A stretch of DNA of 64,000 nt from Phenylobacterium sp. Lineage in GTDB: Bacteria; Pseudomonadota; Alphaproteobacteria; Caulobacterales; Caulobacteraceae. This document shows, in pieces, positions 30,701 through 41,387 of this stretch. Under the pieces are notes generated by a model. That model saw only the letters and a program-made list of their open reading frames with translations, was not told the DNA's origin and searched no databases. The position numbers and the translations under genes were made by a program. Where the stretch lies: NCBI RefSeq assembly GCF_004799515.1, contig NZ_SSMX01000041.1, positions 12,687 through 76,686 of the forward strand, in the 5' to 3' direction. Numbering within the stretch: the stretch's first letter is position 1; every line of letters starts with the position of its first letter.

Positions 30701-31705
30701 ATGGGCGTCATGATCCCGCTGTCCGTCCTCGATCTTTCGCCCATCGTGCAGGGTGGCGACCCCGGCCAATCGCTCCGCGCCAGCCGCGATCTGGCGCGCG
30801 CGGCGGAGCGGCTCGGCTTCCAGCGCTATTGGCTGGCCGAGCACCACAACATGACCGGCATCGCCAGCGCCGCGACCGCCGTCGCCCTGGCGTTCGTCGG
30901 TGACGGCACCTCGACCATCCGCCTCGGCGCCGGCGGCGTCATGCTGCCCAACCACGCGCCGCTGATCATCGCCGAGCAATTCGGCACGCTGGACGCGCTC
31001 TACCCGAAGCGCATCGACCTCGGCGTGGGCCGGGCGCCGGGGACCGACCAGCTCACCGCCCGGGCGCTCCGCCGCAACCTGGCCGGCGGGGTCGACCAGT
31101 TCCCCCAGGACGTGCTCGAGCTGATGGCCTTCCTGGACGACCCGCAGCCCAACCAGGCGATCCGCGCCGTGCCCGGCTACGGGTCCAAGGTGCCGGTGTG
31201 GATCCTGGGCTCCAGCCTCTATGGCGCGCAGCTCGCCGCGGCGCTGGGCCTGCCATTCGCCTTCGCCTCGCACTTCGCGCCGGCGATGCTGGACCAGGCC
31301 GCGCAGATCTACCGACAGCAGTTCAGGCCCTCGCCCCAGGCCGAGCGGCCGCACCTGATGCTGGGGCTTAACCTGGTGGCGGGCGAGACGGACGCCGAGG
31401 CGCGGTTCCTGTTCACCTCGCTGCAGCAGGCGTTCGTGAACCTGCACCGCGGACAGCCTGGCCCGCTGCCGCCGCCGATCGACGATCGGAACGGCGAGCT
31501 GGCCGGGACCGTCGCCGCCGGATCGCCCCTCTCCAAGGCGGTGGTCGGCGGCCCCGAGACGATCCGCGCCGGCCTCGCGCAATTCGTCGCCCAGCATCGG
31601 CCCGACGAGATCATTCTGACCGCGCAGATTTTCGATCAGGCGAAGCGCATCCGCTCCCTGGAGATCGCCAGCGAGGCGCGCGACGCCCTCGCCGGGGCGG
31701 CCTGA
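30701..31705 (+). CDS. LLM-class flavin-dependent oxidoreductase (luciferase-like, YhbW group)
   Basis: [45 protein letters not shown]. Confidence 0.92.
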   Translation: MGVMIPLSVLDLSPIVQGGDPGQSLRASRDLARAAERLGFQRYWLAEHHNMTGIASAATAVALAFVGDGTSTIRLGAGGVMLPNHAPLIIAEQFGTLDALYPKRIDLGVGRAPGTDQLTARALRRNLAGGVDQFPQDVLELMAFLDDPQPNQAIRAVPGYGSKVPVWILGSSLYGAQLAAALGLPFAFASHFAPAMLDQAAQIYRQQFRPSPQAERPHLMLGLNLVAGETDAEARFLFTSLQQAFVNLHRGQPGPLPPPIDDRNGELAGTVAAGSPLSKAVVGGPETIRAGLAQFVAQHRPDEIILTAQIFDQAKRIRSLEIASEARDALAGAA

Positions 31706-31850
31706 AGCTCAGGCGGGCGGCGCCGCCGAACTTTGCGGCCTTCGCCTTGCGCTTCCGCGCCGCGCCCCCGAAGTAGCAGTCCGAGAACTCACCCCCCCCA
31801 AAGATGGCTGGCGCCGCCGTCGTCAGCCGCCGATCCTCCAGGAGGTCCCG

Positions 31851-32882
31851 ATGGAATACCGTCAACTCGGCCGTTCGGGCCTGCGCGTGCCGGCGCTGAG
31901 CTTCGGCGCCGGCACCTTCAGCGGCGGCGGCAATCCGTTCTTCGAGAAATGGGGCGCGACCGGCCTCGACGCCGCCCAACGGATCGTGGACCTCTGCCTC
32001 GACGAAGGCGTGACCTTCTTCGACACGGCGGACGTCTACTCCAATGGTTCCTCGGAGGAGATCCTTGGCGCGGCGCTGAAGGGCAAGCGCGACAAGGCGT
32101 TGATCTCCAGCAAGGCCACCTTCCGGACGGGGAAGGGCGAGAACGACGTGGGCTCCTCGCGCTATCATCTGGTGCGCGCCTGCGAGGCCAGCCTCAAGCG
32201 GCTGCAGACCGACCACATCGACCTCTACTTCATGCACGGTTTCGACGCGGCGACGCCCGTCGACGAGACCCTTCGCGCGCTGGACGATCTGATCACCAGC
32301 GGCAAGATCGGCTACATCGGCGCCTCGAACTTCTCGGGCTGGCACCTGATGAAGTCGCTGGCGACCTCCGAGAAGCACGGCCTCGCGCGCTACGTCGCCT
32401 ACCAGGGCTACTACTCGTTGATCGGCCGCGACTATGAATGGGAGCTGATGCCGCTGGGGCTCGACCAGGGCGTGGGCCTGATGGTCTGGAGCCCGCTGGG
32501 CTGGGGCCGGCTGACCGGCAAGATCCGCCGCGGCCAGGACGAGAGCGGGCGCATCGCCGCCGGCGGCGCGGCCGGCGGGCCGCCCGTGGACGACGAGCAC
32601 CTCTACACAGTCGTCGACGCCCTGCAGGCGGTCGCCGACGAGACCGGCCGCACCGTGCCGCAGGTCGCCCTGAACTGGCTGCTGACCCGGCCGACGGTCG
32701 CCAACGTCGTCGTCGGCGCCCGCAACGAGGCGCAGCTCAAGGCCAACCTCGGCGCCGTGGGCTGGACGCTCACCCCCGACCAGGTCGCCCGGCTGGACGC
32801 CGCCAGCCGCCGGACCCCCGCCTATCCCTACTGGCACCAGACGGGCTTCGACGAACGCAATCCGAAGCCGACGAATTGGTGA
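31851..32882 (+). CDS. Aldo/keto reductase
   Basis: LGRSGLRV, FDTADVYS, LQTDHIDLYFMH, IGASNF, WSPL. Confidence 0.93.
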   Translation: MEYRQLGRSGLRVPALSFGAGTFSGGGNPFFEKWGATGLDAAQRIVDLCLDEGVTFFDTADVYSNGSSEEILGAALKGKRDKALISSKATFRTGKGENDVGSSRYHLVRACEASLKRLQTDHIDLYFMHGFDAATPVDETLRALDDLITSGKIGYIGASNFSGWHLMKSLATSEKHGLARYVAYQGYYSLIGRDYEWELMPLGLDQGVGLMVWSPLGWGRLTGKIRRGQDESGRIAAGGAAGGPPVDDEHLYTVVDALQAVADETGRTVPQVALNWLLTRPTVANVVVGARNEAQLKANLGAVGWTLTPDQVARLDAASRRTPAYPYWHQTGFDERNPKPTNW

Positions 32883-32953
32883 CACGCGCGCCACCGGCCG
32901 ACCACCCAACGCTGGAGATTGCCGTCTTTGCGCGCCGTTCCCGCGGCTGGCGT

Positions 32954-34363
32954 CTACCGCGATTGATAGGGGCCGAACGATTTCAGGATCTTGGTCCCCG
33001 CGTCCTCGTCGCTGAGCATGAAGATCCGATAGCTTCCCCCGCCGGGGGCGACCCGCACGGCCACCGTGCCTCCGGCGGCCGTATAGGTCCGGTCGACAAT
33101 CGCCCCGATCGCCCCGCGGGTTTCGTCGGCCAGGTGCGTGGCGAAGACGTCACGGGGCCCCGGCCAGATGGCCTGGTTGGCGAGGCGGCGCACCACCTCC
33201 CCGCCGGGCTGGTCTGACACCCAGGTCTGCTCAATGAGCACCCTGGGCTTCAGCGTCCGGAGCAGCCGCGCGTTCATCGCATCGCGGTTGCCATGATGGT
33301 CGAAGGTCATGACGTCCACCGGCCCGACCGAGGGGGCCATCCGGCTTTCGACGTCCACGCCGTCCAGGTCGTCCAGGCCGGACATGCCGGTGTTGTCGCC
33401 GCCGGTGAAATAGTCGAAGGCGCCGTAGGAGATCTTGATCGCCAGGCTTTCGGGGTTCTCGTTGAACGAGCCGTTCGAATAGCGGACGCCCGCCCGGGGA
33501 AACAGGCGCTTGACGCCGCCCGGGGTCCAAAGCTCCTCGCTCGACTTGATGTTGCGCACCCTGAAGGTCGGGAAGTCCGCACGCCCGGCCCGCAAGGCGA
33601 TCTGGTCGGTGCGGCCTGGCGCCAGCCGCTGGAGTTTGACGCCGCGCACGAGCTCGGCCTGCTGGAAGGCCCGGTAGTTGGCGAAGGTCGGGCTCGCCAT
33701 CTGACGGGCGTCCATGCGCTCGGCGTAGTCGGGGTAGGCCCGGTCGATCAGCGTCCCGATCGGAACCCGCTCGCCCACCTCGGTGATGCCGGTGAGCAGG
33801 TAGTCGCCGGAGGCCGACCGCGCGAGGCCAGGCCGCACCGCGCCGTAGTGGTCGTCGTGGAAGTGGGAGATCACCGCGTAGTCGATCCGCGGCGCGGCGC
33901 CGCGCGGCATGACCTTGCCGATGAAGGCGGCGATGGCCGCTCCGGGCGTCGTCTGGTCGGAGGGCCGGCGCGGGGCGATGACCAGCGGCCGGCTGCGCGC
34001 CACGGCCCCGGCGTGGTCGAAATCGCCGGCGTCGAACAGCATCGTCGTGCCATCGGGGAAGATGAAGAACGCCGCGTTCCCGCCGCCGGTGTTGATATGA
34101 TAGATGTCCAGCTCGCCGCGCGACCACGGCGGGAGTTCCGCCGGGACGGTCGCGGGCAGGCTTGCAACGGCGCCGGAGGGCTCGGTCGCCGGGGCCGCCC
34201 CGCCGTGCGAAGCTCCCACGCAAACGGACAACATCGCGGCGATGGTCCAGGCGCTCAGGACAGGTCGCGAACCGCCGCGGCGCCGGGTGCGAACGGCCCC
34301 TGCCGCCTTGGCGGCGCGTCGATCGGGGCGGTCCGGCCGGCCATTCGGATTCTGATTGGCCAT
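32954..34363 (-). CDS. Exported metallo-beta-lactamase-fold hydrolase (ComEC/Rec2-like)
   Basis: HINTGGGNA, MLFDAG, ISHFHDDHYG (HxHxDH), FTGGD, DHHG; start uncertain. Confidence 0.75.
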   Translation of the reverse strand: MANQNPNGRPDRPDRRAAKAAGAVRTRRRGGSRPVLSAWTIAAMLSVCVGASHGGAAPATEPSGAVASLPATVPAELPPWSRGELDIYHINTGGGNAAFFIFPDGTTMLFDAGDFDHAGAVARSRPLVIAPRRPSDQTTPGAAIAAFIGKVMPRGAAPRIDYAVISHFHDDHYGAVRPGLARSASGDYLLTGITEVGERVPIGTLIDRAYPDYAERMDARQMASPTFANYRAFQQAELVRGVKLQRLAPGRTDQIALRAGRADFPTFRVRNIKSSEELWTPGGVKRLFPRAGVRYSNGSFNENPESLAIKISYGAFDYFTGGDNTGMSGLDDLDGVDVESRMAPSVGPVDVMTFDHHGNRDAMNARLLRTLKPRVLIEQTWVSDQPGGEVVRRLANQAIWPGPRDVFATHLADETRGAIGAIVDRTYTAAGGTVAVRVAPGGGSYRIFMLSDEDAGTKILKSFGPYQSR

Positions 34364-34614
34364 GATGCGGACGTCCCCTTGCGTGTGGCGCGCAGATGCT
34401 GCTGCTGAAAGCTTGCCGCAAGCTGGAAATCAAGGGGCCGCGGTCGCGGCGGGCACCAGCTTGATCGCGCCAATCGGGCTGCTGCTGCAGGCCTGGACGG
34501 CCCGCCCAGCGGGCGGGAATGCTGGGCGGCCGGAAGTTGCGAAGCACAATCCGATACCCCGGGATCGCGGCCCCGCGGCGCATCCATGAAAACTTGACTT
34601 TGGGCCTCACGTGT

Positions 34615-34629
34615 GTTCCTGTTTTGTTC
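34615..34629 (+). promoter_or_regulatory. Alphaproteobacterial LexA (SOS) box
   Basis: GTTC-CTGTTTT-GTTC is an exact GTTC-N7-GTTC, immediately 5' of ATG 34630; TTGACT -35-like hexamer at 34594-34599. Confidence 0.75.
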
Positions 34630-35202
34630 ATGCCGCGCAACACGGAGAAACAGGCCCGGGCGGAGGCCATGCTGGGTGAGCTCGCCGAGCTGGGCCTGAT
34701 GCTGGCCCGCGATCTGGCGGTTCAGGCCCGTGCGGCGGAGGACCCCGAAGAGAAGGTCGCCCTGGTCGCGGCCTTCCAGAAGACCTCGCGCGCCGTGCGT
34801 CTGACGCTCGCCCTCGACTTCAAGCTGGGGCGCGAGGCCGCGTGTGAGGCGCGGCAGGATCAGGAGATCGCCGAACGCCGTGAGGCGGCGGCCCAGGCCG
34901 AGGCGGAGGCCTGCGCTCCGGAGGACCCCGTCGAACAGCACGGACGACGCGTCCGCGGCGTCCTCAATCGCCTGCTCTGGACGGAATCCGAGGGCGATGA
35001 AGAGGAATTCGACGTCCTGCGGCGCGACCTCGATGTGCGGCTCAGCGAAGCCGCCCGCTTGGAGGGCTTCACCGACATCCCCGTCGAGGTGCTGGCCCAT
35101 CGGCTGAAGGCCGACATGCGGCTCGGCGGCGACCTGGTGGTCACCACCGCCGCCAGGCTGGCCGCCAACACCAGTGCGCCACCGCTGGCGGATACCGGCT
35201 GA
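34630..35202 (+). CDS. Hypothetical protein (190 aa), probably SOS-regulated
   Basis: ORF MPRNTEKQARAEAMLGELAELGL with coding-like codon usage and helical, charged composition. Confidence 0.7.
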   Translation: MPRNTEKQARAEAMLGELAELGLMLARDLAVQARAAEDPEEKVALVAAFQKTSRAVRLTLALDFKLGREAACEARQDQEIAERREAAAQAEAEACAPEDPVEQHGRRVRGVLNRLLWTESEGDEEEFDVLRRDLDVRLSEAARLEGFTDIPVEVLAHRLKADMRLGGDLVVTTAARLAANTSAPPLADTG

Positions 35203-35210
35203 ATGTCTAC

Positions 35211-35264
35211 CTCCCCCGTTTCACGGGGGAGCTAACGCTCCACTTTCTCCCGCAAGACGAGAAG
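35211..35264. repeat. REP-like short palindromes
   Basis: CTCCCCCGT-TTC-ACGGGGGAG (35211-35231) and a degenerate TTCTC..GAGAA hairpin (35245-35263) resembling the elements at 56.1 kb. Confidence 0.6.
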
Positions 35265-35282
35265 GGGTGTTAGTTCATTCCC

Positions 35283-38177
35283 ATGGCCCTCGCCGAGACC
35301 CTGACGCCCTGCGGCCCCGTCGTCGACGCGAAGGCGGCCGAACGGCTGCGCGAGGCCCTGGCCGAGGACCTCTGGACCGAACGCATGACGCGGGCCTGGC
35401 CGGCGCTGGCGCCGGTGTTCGCCGCCTCGCCCTATCTGGCCAGCCTGGCGCGGCGCGATCCCGCGCGGCTCGACGCCCTGCTGGCCGACGACCCCGACCC
35501 GCGGCTGGAGGACCTGCTGGTCCGCACCGCCGCGGCGGCGGACCTCAGTCACGATGCGGCGATGGTCGCCCTGCGCGAGCTGAAGGCCGAGCTGCACCTG
35601 ATGACCGCGCTCGCCGACCTGGGCGGCGTCTGGGACCTGGACGCTGCGACCGGGGCGCTGACCCGCTTCGCCGATGCGGCGGTGGTCGCGGCCCTGGCCG
35701 TGGCCGCGCGCGGGGAGCTGGAGGCCGGGCGGCTCTCCCGCCTGGGCGAGGGCGGCGACGGGCCGGTCCCGGGGTGGTTCTGCATCGCCATGGGCAAGCA
35801 GGGCGCCTTCGAGCTCAACTATTCCAGCGACATCGACGTCTCGGTGTTCTTCGACCCCGACCGCCTGCCGCTGGCCGACGGCGTCGACGCCGAGAGCTTC
35901 GCGGTGCGGCTGACGCAACGGCTCTCCGACCTGATGCAGGCGCGTACGGCCGACGGCTATGTCTTCCGCATGGACCTGCGTTTGCGGCCCGACCCGTCCT
36001 CGACCCAGGCGGCGGTGCCGATCCCGGCGGCCCTCGACTACTACGAGAACGTCGGCCAGAACTGGGAGCGGGCGGCCTTCATCAAGGCCCGGCCCTGCGC
36101 CGGCGACCTGCCGGCGGCCCAGGCCTTCCTCGACGAGCTGCTGCCCTTCATCTGGCGCAAGAACCTCGACTTCGCCGCCATCGCCGACATCCATTCGATC
36201 AAGCGCCAGATCCACGCGCACAAGGTCGATGAGCGCATCTCGGCCAAGGGCGTCGACCTGAAGCTGGGCGTGGGCGGCATCCGCGAGATCGAGTTCTACG
36301 TCCAGACCCAGCAGTTGATCCTGGGCGGCCGGCATCCGGAGCTGCGCAACAGGCGGACCCTGGACGCGCTGGCCGCCCTCACCGAGGCCGGCCATGTGAC
36401 GCCGCAGGCCTGTGCGGAGCTGACCGACGCCTACCGCTTCCTGCGCGCCGTCGAGCACCGGGTGCAGATGCTGGCCGACGAGCAGACGCACAAGCTGCCC
36501 GAGGCGGACGCCGATCGCCGCCGCGTGGCCGCGCTCGCGGGCTACGACGCCCTGCGCGGCTTCGACGCCGCCATCACCCGCACGCTGAAGGGCGTCAACG
36601 CCCGCTACGGCCAGCTCTTCCCCTCGGAGGAGCCGCTGTCCTCGCGCTTTGGCAGCCTGGTGTTCACCGGGGTCGAGGACGACCCGGCGACCCTCGCCAC
36701 CCTGACGCGCATGGGCTTTTCCAACCCGCACCGGGTGGCGGCCACCATCCGCGCCTGGCACCACGGCCACATCCCCGCGACCGCCACCGAACGCGGCCGG
36801 GAGCTGTTCACCCGGCTCGCCCCGCGATTGCTGGATGCGGCCCAGGCCACCGGCGCGCCGGATGCGGCCTTCAACCGGTTCGCCGACTTCTTCTCAGGGC
36901 TCTCGAGCGGGGTGCAGCTGCAGTCGCTGTTCCTGGCCCAGCCGAACCTCTTCCAGCTCATCGTCCAGGTGATGGCCTTCGCGCCGCGCCTGGCGGCCAC
37001 CCTGGCGCGGCGGCCGGCGGCGATCGACGCCATGCTGGATGGCGGCTTCTTCCAGCCCATCGACATCGCCGAGGACGGGGCGGCCATGCGCGCGGCGGTG
37101 GCGCGGACGGAGAGCTTCGAGGACGCCATGGACGCCGTGCGTGTCGTCCACCGCGAGCAGGCTTTCCGGGTGGGCGTGCAGGTGATGAGCGGCGCCGCGA
37201 GCGCGGCGGTGGCGGGCAAGGCCTTCGCTGACCTGGCCGACCTGTGCATCGAGGCCCTGGCGGACGCGGCGCTCGCCGAGACCGAGCGGCTGGGCGGCGC
37301 CTTCGCGGGCGAGGTCGCCGTGGTGGCGCTGGGCAAGTGCGGCAGCCGCGAGATGAGCGCCCGCTCCGACCTCGACCTGATGACCCTTTATCGCAGCGCC
37401 GGTGACGGGGAGGGCTCGGCGCTGAAGGGCTGGGACGGGGTCACGTTCTACGGCCGCTTCACCCAGCGGCTGATCGCGGCGCTCTCCAGCCAGACCGGGC
37501 AGGGCGGCCTCTACGAGGTGGACATGCAGTTGCGCCCCTCCGGCACCAAGGGGCCGGTGGCGGTGAGCTTTCCGGCCTTCGAGGGCTATTACGCCGCGCC
37601 CGGCGACTCCGGGGCCGAGACCTGGGAGCTCCTGGCGCTGACCCGCGCCCGGGTGGTCTGGGCGACCAGCGCCGCCTTCGCGGCCGACGCGCAGGGCGCC
37701 ATCGAAGCGGCGCTGCGCCGCCCGCGCGACCGGGCCCGGACCGCCCTCGACGTGCGCGAGATGCGTGAGCTGATGGCCCGCGAACGGCCGCCGAAGGGCG
37801 ACTGGGACCTGAAGCTCGGCCCCGGCGGCCTGGTGGACATCGAGTTCGCCGCCCAGTTCCTGCAGCTGGCCCATGCCGCCGCCGACGGGCCGCTGGAGCC
37901 CAACACCGCGGCGGCTCTGGCGGCCCTGCGGGCGGCGAAGCTCGCACCTGAACGGCCGGTGGAGGAGCTGGAAGCCGCCTGGCGGCTGCAACAGGACCTG
38001 ACCCAGCTCCTGAAAGTGGCGCTGGACGACGATTCCGACCCGAAGGCCGAGCCCGCCGCCTTCCGCGCCCTCCTGGCCCGGGCCGGCGAGGCGCGGGACT
38101 TCCGCCAGCTCACGGCGCGGCTGAAGGCGGCCCAGGCCTCGGCGCACAAGGCCTATGAGACGGTCACGGGCGGCTAG
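35283..38177 (+). CDS. glnE: Glutamine synthetase adenylyltransferase/adenylyl-removing enzyme
   Basis: Two nucleotidyltransferase motifs MGKQGAFELNYSSDID and LGKCGSREMSARSDLD; RMDLRLRP; DLKLG.GG..IEF twice. Confidence 0.95.
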   Translation: MALAETLTPCGPVVDAKAAERLREALAEDLWTERMTRAWPALAPVFAASPYLASLARRDPARLDALLADDPDPRLEDLLVRTAAAADLSHDAAMVALRELKAELHLMTALADLGGVWDLDAATGALTRFADAAVVAALAVAARGELEAGRLSRLGEGGDGPVPGWFCIAMGKQGAFELNYSSDIDVSVFFDPDRLPLADGVDAESFAVRLTQRLSDLMQARTADGYVFRMDLRLRPDPSSTQAAVPIPAALDYYENVGQNWERAAFIKARPCAGDLPAAQAFLDELLPFIWRKNLDFAAIADIHSIKRQIHAHKVDERISAKGVDLKLGVGGIREIEFYVQTQQLILGGRHPELRNRRTLDALAALTEAGHVTPQACAELTDAYRFLRAVEHRVQMLADEQTHKLPEADADRRRVAALAGYDALRGFDAAITRTLKGVNARYGQLFPSEEPLSSRFGSLVFTGVEDDPATLATLTRMGFSNPHRVAATIRAWHHGHIPATATERGRELFTRLAPRLLDAAQATGAPDAAFNRFADFFSGLSSGVQLQSLFLAQPNLFQLIVQVMAFAPRLAATLARRPAAIDAMLDGGFFQPIDIAEDGAAMRAAVARTESFEDAMDAVRVVHREQAFRVGVQVMSGAASAAVAGKAFADLADLCIEALADAALAETERLGGAFAGEVAVVALGKCGSREMSARSDLDLMTLYRSAGDGEGSALKGWDGVTFYGRFTQRLIAALSSQTGQGGLYEVDMQLRPSGTKGPVAVSFPAFEGYYAAPGDSGAETWELLALTRARVVWATSAAFAADAQGAIEAALRRPRDRARTALDVREMRELMARERPPKGDWDLKLGPGGLVDIEFAAQFLQLAHAAADGPLEPNTAAALAALRAAKLAPERPVEELEAAWRLQQDLTQLLKVALDDDSDPKAEPAAFRALLARAGEARDFRQLTARLKAAQASAHKAYETVTGG

Positions 38178-38186
38178 GCGCCGAGA

Positions 38187-39281
38187 CTATCGGCCGGCGG
38201 CGGCCGCCTCCGCCTTGGACTTGGCCGCCGCGGCCCGTTCCTCGGCGCGCGCCCCGCCCAGCACATCGGCGAGGGCGTAGTTGCCTTCGTGGCAGGCGTA
38301 TTCGAGCACTTGCCCTTTCAGCGGGTGCATCTCGTACTCGCCGCCCCAGGGCCGGTCCCATATCGTCGGGTCGGAGACGGTGAAGCTGTAGCGGATGCGG
38401 TCGCGGGCCACCCGCGTGAACCGCTCGGTGACCGTCAGGTCCTTCCACGACCCGTTGTAGGCCTGGGCCTGCGGGATGTGGTTGGTCTCGACCACCAGGG
38501 TGTCGCCGTCCCACCAGCCGATGGAGTCGCCGAACCAGGGGCGCACGTCGTCGGCGCGGTGCCTGGCGTTCAGCCGGATATGGCGCACGTCGTGCACCAT
38601 CTCGACGTCGATGGCGATCTCGGTCGGACCTTGGACGATGAGGTAGTTGTTGTTGTACCAGCCGTTGGGGAACATCGGCGGGCCGGCGCTGCGGCCGAAG
38701 GACAGCACGCACCGCTCGCCGAGCGCCCGGTTCTCCGGGTTGTCGAAGGAGCCGGCCCGGCCGACCTCCGCGGCGCCCTGAGCGGCGAACTGGTCGAATT
38801 CGGCCGCCTGCCGTGCGGCCTTCAGCCCGGCCTCGGCGGAGCCGGCGTCCGGCGGCAGGGCCTGCCTGGATTTGCCCCTGGCCGGCGGGACCTGGCCGTC
38901 CTCGGTGGTGATCAGCGAGGTGCGCGCTTCGCCGCCGACCCGCATGACGCCCGCGCCGGTGTCGATCCAGGCGCGGTCATAGGCGCCCACGTTGTCCGAA
39001 GCGCCCGCGGCGGCGCTGAGATCGACCTTGGCGTTGCTGGCGGCGGTCTTGGCGGCGTCCGCGCCTTCCAGGATGGCGATCTCCTGCGGCGTCAGGACCT
39101 TGCGGGTTCCGTAGAGGACGGGGCGGACCTGCGGCGTCAGCGTCGCGTTCGACCAGGCGCCGCCGAGGTCGGGCTGACCGAAGCCGTTGCGGGGCGTCTT
39201 ATAGCCAGCGTCCGCGGCAAGCCCGGCGGCGGGAAGGCCGCAGACGAGGGCTGCAAAGCCCGAAATCCATGCGCGTTTCAC
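38187..39281 (-). CDS. Secreted hypothetical protein
   Basis: Signal peptide; GQPDLGGAW, GDSIGWWDGDTLVVET, ERFTRV and EYACHEGN segments; no function recognised. Confidence 0.75.
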   Translation of the reverse strand: MKRAWISGFAALVCGLPAAGLAADAGYKTPRNGFGQPDLGGAWSNATLTPQVRPVLYGTRKVLTPQEIAILEGADAAKTAASNAKVDLSAAAGASDNVGAYDRAWIDTGAGVMRVGGEARTSLITTEDGQVPPARGKSRQALPPDAGSAEAGLKAARQAAEFDQFAAQGAAEVGRAGSFDNPENRALGERCVLSFGRSAGPPMFPNGWYNNNYLIVQGPTEIAIDVEMVHDVRHIRLNARHRADDVRPWFGDSIGWWDGDTLVVETNHIPQAQAYNGSWKDLTVTERFTRVARDRIRYSFTVSDPTIWDRPWGGEYEMHPLKGQVLEYACHEGNYALADVLGGARAEERAAAAKSKAEAAAAGR

Positions 39282-39374
39282 GGTGTGCCACCCTCGCGTC
39301 TTTGCGCCATGATCCGCCGTTCGCCGAACGGACGCAATCGGCGCCGCTACGGAAGGCTCCGCGGTCGCTGGCGC

Positions 39375-41240
39375 CTAGCGCCCGGTCGCCACCGCGGCCA
39401 GGGCCACGCTGGCCTGCAGCACGGGGAGCGAGAAGGTGGCGCTGGTGCCCTGGCCGGGGGCGCTGCGCAGGTCGAGCAGGCCACCGTGCATCTCCACCAG
39501 CGACTTGGTGAGCGCCAGGCCCAGGCCCGTGCCCTGCTGGGTCTTGGCGTGCTGGCTCTCGATCTGTTCGAAGGGCCGGGCCAGGCGGGCCAGGTCCTCG
39601 GGCGGGATGCCGATGCCGGTGTCCTGCACGCTGATCCGCACCCGCTCGCCCAGCGGATCCTCGCGGCGCTCGGCGCGCACGGTGACCATGCCGCCGCGCG
39701 GGGTGAACTTGATGGCGTTGGAGAGCAGGTTCAGCAGCACCTGCTTGATCGCCCGGTAGTCGGCCTCGACCTCCGGCAGGTCGGAGAAGTCCAGCCGCAG
39801 CGCCAAGCCCGCGGCCTCGGCGCGGTTGCGGACCAGGCGCAGCGCGTCCTCCGCCACGTCCTCCAGCGCCACCGGCTCGAAGCGCAGGTTCATCTTGCCG
39901 GCCTCGATCTTCGACATGTCGAGGATGTCGTTGATCAGCGCCAGCAGGTGCTGGCCCGAGTTGAGGATATCGCGGGCGTAGTCCTTGTAGCGCGGGTCGC
40001 CGACCGGGCCGTACATCTCGGCGACCATGATCTCGGAGAAGCCGTTGATGGCGTTCAGCGGGGTGCGCAGCTCGTGGCTCATGTTGGCCAGGAACTCGCT
40101 CTTGGCCTGGTTGGCGCCCTCGGCGCGGACCTTCTCGTTCTCATACTTGCGGGCCAGTTCCGAGAGCTGCTCCTGGCTGCGCTCCAGGTTGCCCACGGCG
40201 CGGCGCAGCTCCTCCTCGTTGACCCGGCGCGCCTCTTCCTGGGCTTTGAGCGCGGTGATGTCGGCGGCGGTGACGACGAGGCCGCCCTCGGCGGTGGGGC
40301 GTTCGGAGATCTGCACCCAGCGGCCGTCCACCAGTTCGGCCTCACGGACGCCCTTGCGCCCGCCCAGCGCCGGGAACTCCTGGCGCACGGCCAGCCGCGC
40401 CTGGGCGTCGACCTCCTCGCGCGCGACGCCAGGCTTCAGCACCTGCGGCTCCAGGCGGAAGAAGCTGCGGTAGTTCTTGTTGCACATCAGAAGCCGGCCC
40501 TGGCGGTCCCAGAGTACGAAGGCCTCCGACACGCTCTCGATGGCGTCGCGCAGGCGGGTCTCGGCGGCCTGGGCGCGGGCCTGGGCCAGGCGCTCCTCGG
40601 TGACGTCCAGCGCCACGCCGATGATCCGGGCGTAGCCGCCTTCGGGGCTCTTGCCGAAGCCCTGGCCGCGGGCGTCGATCCACACCGGCCGCCCGCCCGA
40701 CAGGCTGGGCACGCGGAACGAGACGTCGAAGCCGCCGTAGACCGCGGCGGTGGACAGCGCCTCGCGCAGGCCGTCGCGGTGGCCCTCGGAGACCCGCTCC
40801 AGCACCTGCTGGCCGTCCACCACCCCGCCGCGCCAGCCAAACAGGGCGGCGGTGACGTCGGACATGAAGATGCGGTCCTCGGTGAGGTCCCATTCCCAGA
40901 TGCCGCAGCGGGCGGCTTCCACGGCCAGGCGGAAGCGTTGCTCGCTGTCGCTGTAGGCGGCGTGGGCGCGCTCCACCCGGCGGGATTCCATCAGCAACAG
41001 GACGCCCAGCGCCAGCGCGACGGCCAGGGGTATGGCCAGGGAGGCGATCTGCTCGGCCACGCTCAGCGGCCCGTGCATCAGGCGCGCGAAGGCGACGCCG
41101 GTGTAGACGGCGAGCAACAGGAGGGCGGCCAGGATCGCCACCCGCGCGAACCGCTGGGTCGGTGGCCCGGCCGCCGCCTGGGCGGCGGAACGGGCCGCGG
41201 CGTCCGCCGGGGCTGCGCTTTCGTTGTCGCGCGCCGTCAA
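39375..41240 (-). CDS. pleC: PleC-like PAS sensor histidine kinase, with short or absent periplasmic domain
   Basis: [65 protein letters not shown]; lies between glnE and pepN; likely TTG start at 41240. Confidence 0.85.
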   Translation of the reverse strand: MTARDNESAAPADAAARSAAQAAAGPPTQRFARVAILAALLLLAVYTGVAFARLMHGPLSVAEQIASLAIPLAVALALGVLLLMESRRVERAHAAYSDSEQRFRLAVEAARCGIWEWDLTEDRIFMSDVTAALFGWRGGVVDGQQVLERVSEGHRDGLREALSTAAVYGGFDVSFRVPSLSGGRPVWIDARGQGFGKSPEGGYARIIGVALDVTEERLAQARAQAAETRLRDAIESVSEAFVLWDRQGRLLMCNKNYRSFFRLEPQVLKPGVAREEVDAQARLAVRQEFPALGGRKGVREAELVDGRWVQISERPTAEGGLVVTAADITALKAQEEARRVNEEELRRAVGNLERSQEQLSELARKYENEKVRAEGANQAKSEFLANMSHELRTPLNAINGFSEIMVAEMYGPVGDPRYKDYARDILNSGQHLLALINDILDMSKIEAGKMNLRFEPVALEDVAEDALRLVRNRAEAAGLALRLDFSDLPEVEADYRAIKQVLLNLLSNAIKFTPRGGMVTVRAERREDPLGERVRISVQDTGIGIPPEDLARLARPFEQIESQHAKTQQGTGLGLALTKSLVEMHGGLLDLRSAPGQGTSATFSLPVLQASVALAAVATGR

Positions 41241-41387
41241 GGCTCGCCAACTCCCAAGTCTGGCTGGGCAAATCACCCCGATCGGGCCGGAGTCTACGCG
41301 CGAAGGGTAAACAGCGTCACCGCCATTCGCCGGATTCCAGCGGCGAATTGTCCCGCTTGTTGGTTAATCCGCCGGTCGGGGCGGTTC

